From Peptococcaceae bacterium UBA5752 (GTDB lineage: Bacteria > Bacillota > Dehalobacteriia > UBA4068): a stretch of 64,000 nucleotides of DNA. The notes under the pieces are model-generated. The model searched no databases. It had not been told where the DNA came from and saw only the letters and a list, made by a program, of their open reading frames with translations. The position numbers and the translations under genes are program-made. The DNA is taken from contig DIFI01000009.1 in NCBI GenBank assembly GCA_002419055.1, positions 69,875 through 133,874 on the forward strand, given 5' to 3'. Shown in pieces: positions 9,790-18,882 of this stretch (positions within the stretch are counted from its first letter, which is position 1; each line of letters begins with the position of its first letter).

Positions 9790-9958
9790 GGCTTGTGGCA
9801 AGGAACTAATCGGCAAAGAAAAGCTGTTTTGTAAAAGTTGCTGGTCAAAAGGGACAGACAAGGCGAAAAAAGGTGCGATGGCTGTAGGTGGTCTGACTTT
9901 GACCGTAGTGTCGGTTATTGTTACAAAAGGAAAATTTAAGGGCGGTGGCGACACATAA
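9779..9958 (+). CDS. 59-aa zinc-ribbon peptide with a C-terminal transmembrane segment
   Basis: A GGAGGG RBS lies directly upstream, and the ATG overlaps the end of the 356-aa gene by 11 nt. A CxxC...CxxC motif (CKACG...CKSCW) is followed by the hydrophobic stretch AMAVGGLTLTVVSVIVT. The ORF track's 9695 start lies inside the preceding gene. Confidence 0.5.
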   Translation: MKCKACGKELIGKEKLFCKSCWSKGTDKAKKGAMAVGGLTLTVVSVIVTKGKFKGGGDT

Positions 9959-10237
9959 TGTTTCCATTATACGTGATAGTATGCCTTTCAACATAGTCCG
10001 TTAGGATGAGCCATTCTCATAGATGCTCCGGCTGCTGATTGACATCAAGGACAAAGAGACTTGCAAGAGTTTATAGGCTATGTGTTCCGTGACGGCGACA
10101 TCGGCTCGGATATTGATAAAATCTTACCGCCTGGTTCCCATTTTAGGGCGGCTATCGAGATGAAAGCATTAGACTGTTATCGAAAAACCACCGGAATTCT
10201 TTGAGGAGTTTTCGGCGTAGCGTAAAAGAGGTGTCGT

Positions 10238-11545
10238 ATGGCCACACAGATGTTAAAAATAGATGAGGCTATTCTGGAAAGCAATAATATCATTTGTCGC
10301 CAGATTAGCCGCCTGGGTGAATCTACAAGAGGCGAGGTTTCACAGGAAGTCTTAGAATCGCTAAGGCATTTTGTGGAGCATATCCTCCTTAAGGTTTATG
10401 CCGACGGCGAGGATATAGAAGATACGCAGGAAAATGTTAAGGCGGCGGTTAAACATGCAAAGAGTAACTCCAATTTGAAACATTTGTCACGGTTTCACCA
10501 TTTTCTGCAGGTGTCTGTTTCTCATCGTGCTTTAAAAGAGCAAAATGCCGAACGGCTGATGCTGAAATATTATGAGTATCTGTTGCAGATTAGGAATTTC
10601 TTGCACGATAGTTATTCTCTTGATGTGCTTGCTAACCTTGAGCAGTTCCCATTGGAAACAGATGAAAGTCTGATAGAGTATTATAAAAAAATCGCTGAAA
10701 AGGTTAGTAAATACAATACTCCGATACACGGCGAGTTCCGTTATGACCGTTTTTACGTGCAGAAAATCAAGCCGTTTTTTGTTGGCGGTAAAATATATTA
10801 TGAGGTAGCTTTTGTCCCCGCAAATGACAATGCGAGTAAAACTGATCGTATTATCGCTTTTACCGATATAGAGATAACAAGCTTTTATGCCGTAAAGTTT
10901 GCCATAGCCAACAACAGTGTAGAAATCCTCGGCAAACATATGCCCATCCGCATTATTGTGGACTGGGAAGTAAACATTCGACCTTGCGAACTAAAAAACT
11001 TCACAGCAATTATTGAAAGGACGCCCAGAGAGTATGGCAAAGCTGAACAACGCGAACTTAGCCGATATCTAACTGAAACCGGGCTTAGCCTTTCGGAAAT
11101 CATTATGTTTTCTGATGAGGCATTTGCGGCAGTTCGTGACCGTATTGTGCCTAAAACAGAATCCACGCACTTCTTTGATTGCCTCGAAACTTGCAGGAAT
11201 CTTATAAATCAGAAAGCAAACGGTAGCAATATACTGCGATATTTGCTTCACCATATGACAAATAGAATTATTAAAAGTCAATATAAAGAACACTATAAAT
11301 GGAATTATTATGAAGATCGTTATGAATATGTAGGCGGAAATTTTAAACTTTCAAATCTTTATTTAGCTTATGAATGCATTCCGTTCGATGATATGCCGTT
11401 TTGCTCGGGTTTGAAAAGTCACGTTCCGAGCCTTTCGGATTTGTTTGAATGCCTCGATGCAAGCGGTCGTGAACACGAGGTTTTAGCGTGGATATTAAAA
11501 ACAATACAGAACAGCAAGGTATGCTCTTTACTCCGCTCGAAATAA
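10238..11545 (+). CDS. Hypothetical protein, 435 aa: N-terminal helical region, central beta-rich region, Cys-rich C-terminus
   Basis: A long ORF with an AAAGAGG RBS. It sits in an AT-richer block than the upstream module. Its 3' end overlaps the downstream helicase gene. Confidence 0.7.
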   Translation: MATQMLKIDEAILESNNIICRQISRLGESTRGEVSQEVLESLRHFVEHILLKVYADGEDIEDTQENVKAAVKHAKSNSNLKHLSRFHHFLQVSVSHRALKEQNAERLMLKYYEYLLQIRNFLHDSYSLDVLANLEQFPLETDESLIEYYKKIAEKVSKYNTPIHGEFRYDRFYVQKIKPFFVGGKIYYEVAFVPANDNASKTDRIIAFTDIEITSFYAVKFAIANNSVEILGKHMPIRIIVDWEVNIRPCELKNFTAIIERTPREYGKAEQRELSRYLTETGLSLSEIIMFSDEAFAAVRDRIVPKTESTHFFDCLETCRNLINQKANGSNILRYLLHHMTNRIIKSQYKEHYKWNYYEDRYEYVGGNFKLSNLYLAYECIPFDDMPFCSGLKSHVPSLSDLFECLDASGREHEVLAWILKTIQNSKVCSLLRSK

Positions 11546-13059
11546 ATGAAGACGGGAAATATAAACTCGGCAATTTTGACGATGTTGCTGCTCTCGTAAA
11601 AACGTATAATGAAAAACTTTACGATTCGCCAAAGCAGCAACTTCGTAAAATGATAATCAAGTACGACCATGTTTTTATTGACAGCTACAAGGAGGATACG
11701 GTATCAATCATTAAGACGATTAAAGGCCTTACTCAAAGCGGCATTGACAACTACGCTAATTTGGTAAGCTACTGGATGCAAACTACCAATCAAGTGAACA
11801 GCGAAGAGAAAAAGCAAGCCTTGCTCGGAATGTTTACCGACTCAAAAGTGGCTCTTATTTATGGTTCGGCTGGAACAGGCAAGTCATACTTGATTAACCA
11901 TATCTCGCATTTATTTGCTAATAAATCAAGACTGTACTTAGCACAAACAAACCCCGCCGTAAATAATATGAGGCGAAAAGTTACAGCTTCAGCGGATAGT
12001 ACTTTTATGACAGTGTCGAAATTTACGAACCCATATTACAAAGGAAAAACCGAGTTTGACATTCTTATAATCGACGAGTGTAGTACGGTAAACAACCATG
12101 ATATGAGAACTATTCTCAGTCGAGCGAATTTCGAGTTACTTGTTTTAGTCGGGGACACCTATCAGATAGAGGCTATTGAGTTTGGCAACTGGTTTGATGC
12201 TGTGCGTAGTTTCTTGCCGGAAACCTCTGTATGCGAGCTAACGAAGCCTTACAGAAGTGATAGCCCCGCTTTATTAAGACTTTGGAGCGATGTCCGAAAA
12301 ATGGAAGACGATATTTTTGAACTTTTGCAAACATATAGCTACTCGGCAAATTTAGACGCAACGATTTTCACTTCCGCTGCTGAAAATGAGATAATCCTAT
12401 GCCTTAACTACGGCGGTCTGTATGGCATAAACAACATCAATCATTTTCTTCAAGAAAACAATAATGGTAAGGAAATATGGCGGGGCGTTCAGCGTTATAA
12501 GGTGAGTGACCCGATTCTGTTTAATGACTCGGCAGATAAGTTTTTCACACGAATCGATGACCAAGTTCCTGTTATTCATAACAATATGAAAGGTCGTATT
12601 ATTGATTTTAAAGTGCTAGACGACGGAAAAGCAAACGAAAGTATTCAATTTGATATTGAGATTGACAGACCTCTTATTGAAATGGATGCAAAGAATATGG
12701 ACTTCACGATTGTAAGGAACGCTGCCAACGGGAATTCTGTCATACGCTTTGCTATAAACAAAAACAAAAGCACCGATGAAGACGATGACGGCGTTTCAAA
12801 AACACTCGTACCGTTCCAAATTGCTTACGCCGTATCTATTCACAAGGCACAGGGCTTGGAGTACGACTCTGTCAAAGTTATCATAACCGATGAGATTGAC
12901 GAATTGATAACTCACAGCATTTTTTACACCGCAATAACCCGTGCAAGAAAATTGCTGAAAATATACTGGACGCAATCCGTCGAAAAGAAAGTACTTGAAC
13001 GGATAGAACCGAAGGACAATAAAAAAGATGTGGCACTGCTAAGGTTAGAAATAGTCTGA
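11488..13059 (+). CDS. SF1 RecD/Dda-like helicase (AAA_30 + UvrD_C_2-type), 523 aa
   Basis: Motifs present: Walker A GSAGTGKSY, Walker B ILIIDECSTV, motif III VLVGDTYQIE, motif V/VI VSIHKAQGLEYDSVKVII and YTAITRARKLL. The GTG start at 11488 has a GAGG 8 nt upstream; the alternative ATG is at 11521. It overlaps the upstream gene by 25-58 nt. Confidence 0.8.
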   Translation: MDIKNNTEQQGMLFTPLEINEDGKYKLGNFDDVAALVKTYNEKLYDSPKQQLRKMIIKYDHVFIDSYKEDTVSIIKTIKGLTQSGIDNYANLVSYWMQTTNQVNSEEKKQALLGMFTDSKVALIYGSAGTGKSYLINHISHLFANKSRLYLAQTNPAVNNMRRKVTASADSTFMTVSKFTNPYYKGKTEFDILIIDECSTVNNHDMRTILSRANFELLVLVGDTYQIEAIEFGNWFDAVRSFLPETSVCELTKPYRSDSPALLRLWSDVRKMEDDIFELLQTYSYSANLDATIFTSAAENEIILCLNYGGLYGINNINHFLQENNNGKEIWRGVQRYKVSDPILFNDSADKFFTRIDDQVPVIHNNMKGRIIDFKVLDDGKANESIQFDIEIDRPLIEMDAKNMDFTIVRNAANGNSVIRFAINKNKSTDEDDDGVSKTLVPFQIAYAVSIHKAQGLEYDSVKVIITDEIDELITHSIFYTAITRARKLLKIYWTQSVEKKVLERIEPKDNKKDVALLRLEIV

Positions 13060-13301
13060 CTACAATCTAAGAAATTATCGCCTTCTATGCACTGATTTGT
13101 TTCCACGAACAGATAAAGTCATAAAAAGCATTGGACATATTCCCGCGCACGGAGAATACCCCCAATATTGCCCTTGCCTTGTTTCCTTGCACGGAAAATC
13201 AGCAAAACACATACCAGACATTAATCTGATGCTATCGTTCCACGTAGAGACAGCGATTGTACATTATATCCGAAATTGCCATGTTGGCAGGAGGCAGGAT
13301 T

Positions 13302-14768
13302 ATGAAAAGGAATATTTTATTATTTATTTTAACAGCCGTAATGATTTGCTGTATACTCCCTACTGCAACGGCTTACGCAGAGAACATTACCGTAACCCCA
13401 ACGACATCCAGCGTTCTGGTTGATGGCTCGTCGCAATCCTTTAATGCTTATAATATCAATGGCAATAACTATTTTATGTTAAGAGACATCGCTTTTATCC
13501 TCAACGGAACGGACAAACAATTTGCAGTAGTATGGGACAAAGCGCAAAATGCAACCTACCTGACCACCGGACAAGGCTATACAGCAGTGGGAGGCGAGAT
13601 GCAGGCGGCTGCCGGCAGCGCTACAAAAACCGCCGCATTGGCAAATTTTGAAGTATACATAAATGGCCAAGAGGTTTTCTTGACAGCCTATAACATTGAC
13701 GGCTATAACTATTATAAATTGCGTGATCTTGGCATGTATCTTGATTTCGGGGTGGACTGGAACGGCAGTGCTGATACAGTTGAGATTTCGTCCACAAAGG
13801 GATATACGCCGGAAGGTGAACCAGTAATCGGCATACATACATCTGTATATGATGACGAAACGGCACAAATGTTAATTGACAGCTTGCAGGGACTTGCCGA
13901 TCAAGGGATTAATCTGATAGTTATTGAAGTCGGATATAGTTATCAATATACCAGTCACCCTGAATTAGCATCGGACTATGGGCTATCCTTTGAATATGCC
14001 AGAAAAATAGCAAAAGCGGCCAACCAACTAGGTATTGAAGTTGTGCCGGAGATTGATTGTCTAGGTCATCAATCATGGGAAGAATATACAGGTTCTTTAT
14101 TGTCGGTTTATCCCGGGTTGGACGAGACGCCCGGTCAATATCCCAACAATCAAGGAATTTATTGCCGCAGTTGGTGCCCATTAAATGAAAAGGTTAATCC
14201 CATCGTTTTTGATTTGATAGATGAGTTGATGGACGCTTTTCATGCGGACGCCTTTCATGTTGGATTAGACGAAGTTTTTATCATTGGCGATGACAATTGT
14301 CCGAGATGCCGGGGTAAATATCCGGGAGAATTGTTTGCCAAACAGGTTAACGATTTATATCAGCATATAGTTGTTGAAAAGGGCGCTACTATGTATATGT
14401 GGTCGGACGGATTATTAGACGGCGCAGCGCTGGGAGATGTGTATTCCGAATGGGAATCTTCTTATAATGGAACTTGCACTGCAATCAACAAAATACCAAA
14501 GGATATTATTATGTGTGATTGGCATTATGGCGTACTTGACGATTATCCGTCCATAGAGTATTTAACGGATGCCGGTTTTAGGGTATTGACGTCGAGTTGG
14601 AATGACATCAAAGCTACCGAGAATTTCATTCAAGACACTGTGCAAAACAGAAGAACAAATGCCAATGTGCTGGGACATCTTTATACGACATGGGGAGATA
14701 TTGAAAATGACGATTTGGCCGATTGGTCGCCGATGAAAGCCACGATTAAAATGTTGACTGGCGATTAA
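13302..14768 (+). CDS. Secreted protein with two copper-amine-oxidase N-terminal-like repeats and a GH20-like (beta-hexosaminidase-like) catalytic domain
   Basis: There is a GGAGG RBS and the signal peptide MKRNILLFILTAVMICCILPTATAYA. Repeats YNINGNNYFMLRDIAFIL and YNIDGYNYYKLRDLGMYL are present. The GH20-like motifs PEIDCLGH and FHVGLDE are present. Confidence 0.65.
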   Translation: MKRNILLFILTAVMICCILPTATAYAENITVTPTTSSVLVDGSSQSFNAYNINGNNYFMLRDIAFILNGTDKQFAVVWDKAQNATYLTTGQGYTAVGGEMQAAAGSATKTAALANFEVYINGQEVFLTAYNIDGYNYYKLRDLGMYLDFGVDWNGSADTVEISSTKGYTPEGEPVIGIHTSVYDDETAQMLIDSLQGLADQGINLIVIEVGYSYQYTSHPELASDYGLSFEYARKIAKAANQLGIEVVPEIDCLGHQSWEEYTGSLLSVYPGLDETPGQYPNNQGIYCRSWCPLNEKVNPIVFDLIDELMDAFHADAFHVGLDEVFIIGDDNCPRCRGKYPGELFAKQVNDLYQHIVVEKGATMYMWSDGLLDGAALGDVYSEWESSYNGTCTAINKIPKDIIMCDWHYGVLDDYPSIEYLTDAGFRVLTSSWNDIKATENFIQDTVQNRRTNANVLGHLYTTWGDIENDDLADWSPMKATIKMLTGD

Positions 14769-15067
14769 GAATTATTAGCGAAAGAATAGCGAAGAAATAT
14801 TCGAACTGCACGGATTATTTTGATTATGTCTCTTGCACGGTTAAAGAAATGGTACGCAAGATTGGCGAACCTGTTTTTGATGATAATAACTTGATGATAA
14901 TAGTTCCGTGGCTAAAAATGAACGGCTGAGGAAATATATCTAGTGATACTGCTTGGTCTTTTACATATATATAGCTAATTACCTCTTGTATGAAGCGGCT
15001 AAATGTTCTATAATTAAACAAGGATTAATCTGGGATTATTTGACAATAATGCTTTATAGGAGGGTAC

Positions 15068-15835
15068 ATGATTTCTTATTGGCAAGCAATAATTCTTGGT
15101 ATTATTCAAGGTCTGACCGAATTTCTTCCGGTTTCCAGTTCCGGCCACTTAACAATCGTCCAATCATTACTTAACATCAGTGGCGATATGATTAGCTTTG
15201 ATGTATTTGTGCATCTGGGGACGCTGGTGGCTGTTTTTGTGGCTTTTTGGTCGGATATTATTGCATTATTACGGCGCCCTTTCTGTAAGTTTACTGCTCT
15301 GATAATTATCGGCACAATTCCGGCTGCATTAATGGGTTTTTTACTTAACGATTTATTTACGATGCTTTTCTCTTCAATTATTGCAGTTTGCTGCGCGTTG
15401 ATAATCACGGGGGTTTTGTTATGGATTTCCGATCATTTTTTTGGTACCAAGAGCATTAATGACATGACATTTAAAGATGCCTTGATTGTCGGCATATTCC
15501 AGGGCTGTGCCATTACACCTGGCCTCTCCCGCAGCGGTTCAACTATTTTCGGATCACTGCTATGTGGACTGAAACGGTCGGAAGCAGCCAAATTTTCGTT
15601 CATACTTTCGATACCGGTTATTCTCGGTGCCGGATTAAAACAAATTTATGATTTAACACAAGGAAGTGCTTTTGTTTTTCAATCAAGCTACATAATAGGA
15701 GCAATAATAGCAGCGGTGAGTGGTTATCTAGCCATTCGTATTTTCCTAAGTGTATTGGCAAAAAAAAGTCTGCGTATTTTTTCCTATTATTGTTGGGCGC
15801 TGGCAATTATCATTTTAATATTACAATTATTTTAA
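15068..15835 (+). CDS. uppP: Undecaprenyl-diphosphatase
   Basis: The N-terminus GLTEFLPVSSSGHL and the SRSGSTI motif are typical of UppP/BacA. Confidence 0.9.
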   Translation: MISYWQAIILGIIQGLTEFLPVSSSGHLTIVQSLLNISGDMISFDVFVHLGTLVAVFVAFWSDIIALLRRPFCKFTALIIIGTIPAALMGFLLNDLFTMLFSSIIAVCCALIITGVLLWISDHFFGTKSINDMTFKDALIVGIFQGCAITPGLSRSGSTIFGSLLCGLKRSEAAKFSFILSIPVILGAGLKQIYDLTQGSAFVFQSSYIIGAIIAAVSGYLAIRIFLSVLAKKSLRIFSYYCWALAIIILILQLF

Positions 15836-15896
15836 AATTGCTCTAATAGCTTGATAATTTATCCCTTATCCCGTATTTTAAGAGAGGATTGTTCTG

Positions 15897-18299
15897 ATGG
15901 CTGCAGCTAAAACAAAACATAAGAAGAAAACAAATACAACAACCTCTTCACGTAGCAAGAGCGGTAAACTTACTGCAGCACAAATGGCACGTGATAAGGA
16001 AATTCTCGGTATTGTCATAATAGCCGTCGCTTTGTTGTTATTTGTTAGCTATATATTGGCTCCGACCGATGCAGATGCAGCCGGCATGGGCGCGGTTAGC
16101 TTATTGCTGATCGATCTTATGCGTTTCTTTGCCGGCAGCGCAGCCATCGCTCTGCCGTTTTTACTGTTGGTTTTTGGTGTGCTTGTATTGCTTAATAGAA
16201 ACAAAAATGAAAACAGTAACTTACGGCTGGCCGGTTTGATAATGATGTTTGCTGCACTTTTAGGTTTATTACATCTTGGTATGCCAATGCAAAGTTTTGG
16301 TGCTTATATGCTGGATGCAGTATCGGGCAATGGCGGTGGTATTATCGGCGGTTTGCTGGCCTTCGCACTAATTTCAGGATTTGGCATAGCAGGTGCGGTT
16401 ATTATATTACTGGCGGTAATTCTTATTGGTTTACTTATATTTACCAAGACTTCGATCGTTTCTGTTTTCGCATATATTAAACAAGCCTTTAGCTCATTAT
16501 TAGGTATTATTAATTCGGGAGAAGAAGATCAACCGCAAAATGAGATTGCGACGAAGACCGCATTAAAAAAGAATGCGGAGGCGCTAATGCGTGAGGCTGC
16601 TGATGATCAACGCCGCCGATCACTGATTCGTAATACATTTGATGCAGCGCCATTAATCAGCAACAGTGATACCGTTATATCGCCTCCTCCGTCTCAAACC
16701 GGTTTTTCCCGCGAATACTTACAGGATATTGATAAACCGGAAGCGAAGGCAGATGCCCATATTGTCACTAAACCTAGTGTTGCTAAAGCGGCTAAAGCAG
16801 TGACAGCTTCGTCAGCTTCAGTGGCGTCTGTTGTAGAAGTTAGTACTACGCCTAGTTCAGAACCATCGCCGGTGATGGAATCATATGTATTACCTGATCC
16901 TTCTTTAATCAGCCGAGGTGAACATCATAGCGACATTGAGATGAAAAAGGCCATCGCTGAGTCAATAGAGATTTTAGAAACGACATTAGCTGATTTTGGC
17001 GTCAAAGCCGAAGTTGTTCAGGTAGTTCCCGGTCCGGCAGTAACCCGTTATGAGCTGCAACCGGCGCCGGGTGTTAAAGTTGCTCGTATAACCAGTCTTG
17101 CCGATGATATAGCGTTGACTTTGGCAGCTCCGGCTGTGCGGATCGAAGCGCCAATCCCCGGCAAGTCGGCAATCGGCATCGAGGTTGCTCGCCGCGTTAC
17201 CGATACGGTATATTTCCGCGAGGTTATTGAAAGTAAAGAGTTTATCGATAGTCCGGCTAAGCTTTCCTTTGCTCTTGGCAAAAATATCGGCGGCGAATCA
17301 ATCGTCGGCGACTTAGCAAAAATGCCTCATTTGCTGATTTCCGGCGCTACCGGCAGTGGTAAAAGTATTTGCCTAAACTCGATAATTTGCAGCTTACTTT
17401 TTAAGGCAAAGCCTAATGAAGTCAAACTGATGCTAATTGACCCCAAAAAGGTTGAGATGACCGCCTATCGCCAGCTGCCTCATCTGTTAGTGCCGATAGT
17501 CACCGACAGTAAAAAGGCCGCAAGCTCTCTTAAATGGGTTGTTACCGAGATGGAGGACCGTTATTCGCTGTTTGCAGCTTCTGCTACAAAGGATTTCAGC
17601 GGCTATAATGCAGCGAAACCTGATAATCCTTTGCCTTACATAGTGGTTATTATTGATGAGCTGGCTGATTTAATGCTGGTTGCTAAAAAAGATGTCGAGG
17701 AATCAATCTGCCGTATTGCCCAGCTGGCGCGAGCCGCCGGTATTCATTTGGTCGTAGCAACGCAACGTCCATCTGTTGATGTGATAACCGGCTTGATCAA
17801 GGCAAATATTCCTTCAAGAATAGCATTTGCTGTTTCTTCAAATACTGATTCACGTACCATACTTGATATGGCCGGAGCCGAAAAGCTTTTAGGGCGCGGA
17901 GATATGCTGTATTACCCAATTGGCGCCAATAAGCCAATGCGGATTCAAGGAACATTCATTGCCGAAAAAGATGTTGCCAAGCTGATCGATTTCTGTGCCA
18001 AACAAACCACACAAAAATTTTCCGAGCAGGCCACCGCAGCCGCTGTCAGTAATCGATCCGATGAGCTTGATGAGGATATGGACGAGTTGTTCTACAAAGC
18101 AGGTACACTGATTATTGCCAGTAAACAAGCATCTACATCGTACCTGCAACGGCGCCTGGCGATCGGCAATCCGCGTGCCGCACGGCTGATGGATATTTTA
18201 GAGTGTAAAGGCGTGGTAGGTGGACCAAACGGCTCCAAACCACGGGAAGTATTAATGAGCGATGAGGAGTTTGAGAGTATATTTGGATCTGGTGCATGA
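15897..18299 (+). CDS. ftsK: DNA translocase FtsK/SpoIIIE
   Basis: There are N-terminal TM helices, a linker, and a motor domain with LLISGATGSGKS (Walker A) and VVIIDELADL. A C-terminal gamma (winged-helix) domain is present. Confidence 0.9.
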   Translation: MAAAKTKHKKKTNTTTSSRSKSGKLTAAQMARDKEILGIVIIAVALLLFVSYILAPTDADAAGMGAVSLLLIDLMRFFAGSAAIALPFLLLVFGVLVLLNRNKNENSNLRLAGLIMMFAALLGLLHLGMPMQSFGAYMLDAVSGNGGGIIGGLLAFALISGFGIAGAVIILLAVILIGLLIFTKTSIVSVFAYIKQAFSSLLGIINSGEEDQPQNEIATKTALKKNAEALMREAADDQRRRSLIRNTFDAAPLISNSDTVISPPPSQTGFSREYLQDIDKPEAKADAHIVTKPSVAKAAKAVTASSASVASVVEVSTTPSSEPSPVMESYVLPDPSLISRGEHHSDIEMKKAIAESIEILETTLADFGVKAEVVQVVPGPAVTRYELQPAPGVKVARITSLADDIALTLAAPAVRIEAPIPGKSAIGIEVARRVTDTVYFREVIESKEFIDSPAKLSFALGKNIGGESIVGDLAKMPHLLISGATGSGKSICLNSIICSLLFKAKPNEVKLMLIDPKKVEMTAYRQLPHLLVPIVTDSKKAASSLKWVVTEMEDRYSLFAASATKDFSGYNAAKPDNPLPYIVVIIDELADLMLVAKKDVEESICRIAQLARAAGIHLVVATQRPSVDVITGLIKANIPSRIAFAVSSNTDSRTILDMAGAEKLLGRGDMLYYPIGANKPMRIQGTFIAEKDVAKLIDFCAKQTTQKFSEQATAAAVSNRSDELDEDMDELFYKAGTLIIASKQASTSYLQRRLAIGNPRAARLMDILECKGVVGGPNGSKPREVLMSDEEFESIFGSGA

Positions 18300-18374
18300 T
18301 TATTGGGTATTATAGATTTACTTACAGATTGAGATTACTTTAGTCTTAGGTAACTATTGTTAGGAGGTAATAGC

Positions 18375-18863
18375 ATGCAAGATATCGGTGAATATTTGCG
18401 GAAAATGCGCGAATATCGCGGTTACAGCATTGAGGATACAGCCAAAGCAACCCATATTTCCGTCCGTTATCTCAGATTAATGGAAGAGGGCAATTTTAAG
18501 GCATTACCAGGCCGCGCCTATGCCTTTGGTTTCCTCCGTAGTTACGTTCGTTTTCTTGATGGCGACGAGCAGGCTTTAATGGATGCATTAAGCGAGGATT
18601 ATCCTGATGAAGATATCCCATCATTAAACAAATCCCGTCGTGAAGGCATACGCCGACCTGTGATATTTGATCGTAATGTTCAAGATGTCAATGAAGTTGA
18701 AGCAGAAATGGATTTGAGCGATGAGTATAGAGAACCGAATGAGGAATTTAGCGAACTTCCGGTTGATGAAAAAATCAAGAATCGACGTCAATGGCTGTAT
18801 TTATTATTGATTATGATTATCGTTGTTGGGCTTATTATTGGCGCTATCATCTATCTACCATAA
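18375..18863 (+). CDS. rodZ: RodZ-like HTH (Cro/C1-type) membrane protein
   Basis: AGGAGG precedes the ATG at 18375. An N-terminal HTH (IEDTAKATHISVRYLRLME) is followed by a C-terminal TM helix. Confidence 0.55.
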   Translation: MQDIGEYLRKMREYRGYSIEDTAKATHISVRYLRLMEEGNFKALPGRAYAFGFLRSYVRFLDGDEQALMDALSEDYPDEDIPSLNKSRREGIRRPVIFDRNVQDVNEVEAEMDLSDEYREPNEEFSELPVDEKIKNRRQWLYLLLIMIIVVGLIIGAIIYLP

Positions 18864-18882
18864 CTTATTATGAAGGATTAAT

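Noticed and set aside
9695-9958. 87-aa ORF as listed in the six-frame track
   Set aside because: Its 5' part lies inside the preceding 356-aa gene. The real product more likely starts at ATG 9779, behind its own GGAGGG RBS.
13097-13423. 108-aa plus-strand ORF spanning the island/core junction
   Set aside because: It overlaps the signal-peptide region of the downstream hydrolase gene out of frame, has no RBS, and has an implausible composition.
14769-15067. Possible small gene or gene fragment in the 300-nt spacer before uppP (…VKEMVRKIGEPVFDDNNLMIIVPWLKMNG*)
   Set aside because: It is short, has no RBS, and has no recognisable similarity. More likely non-coding promoter region.
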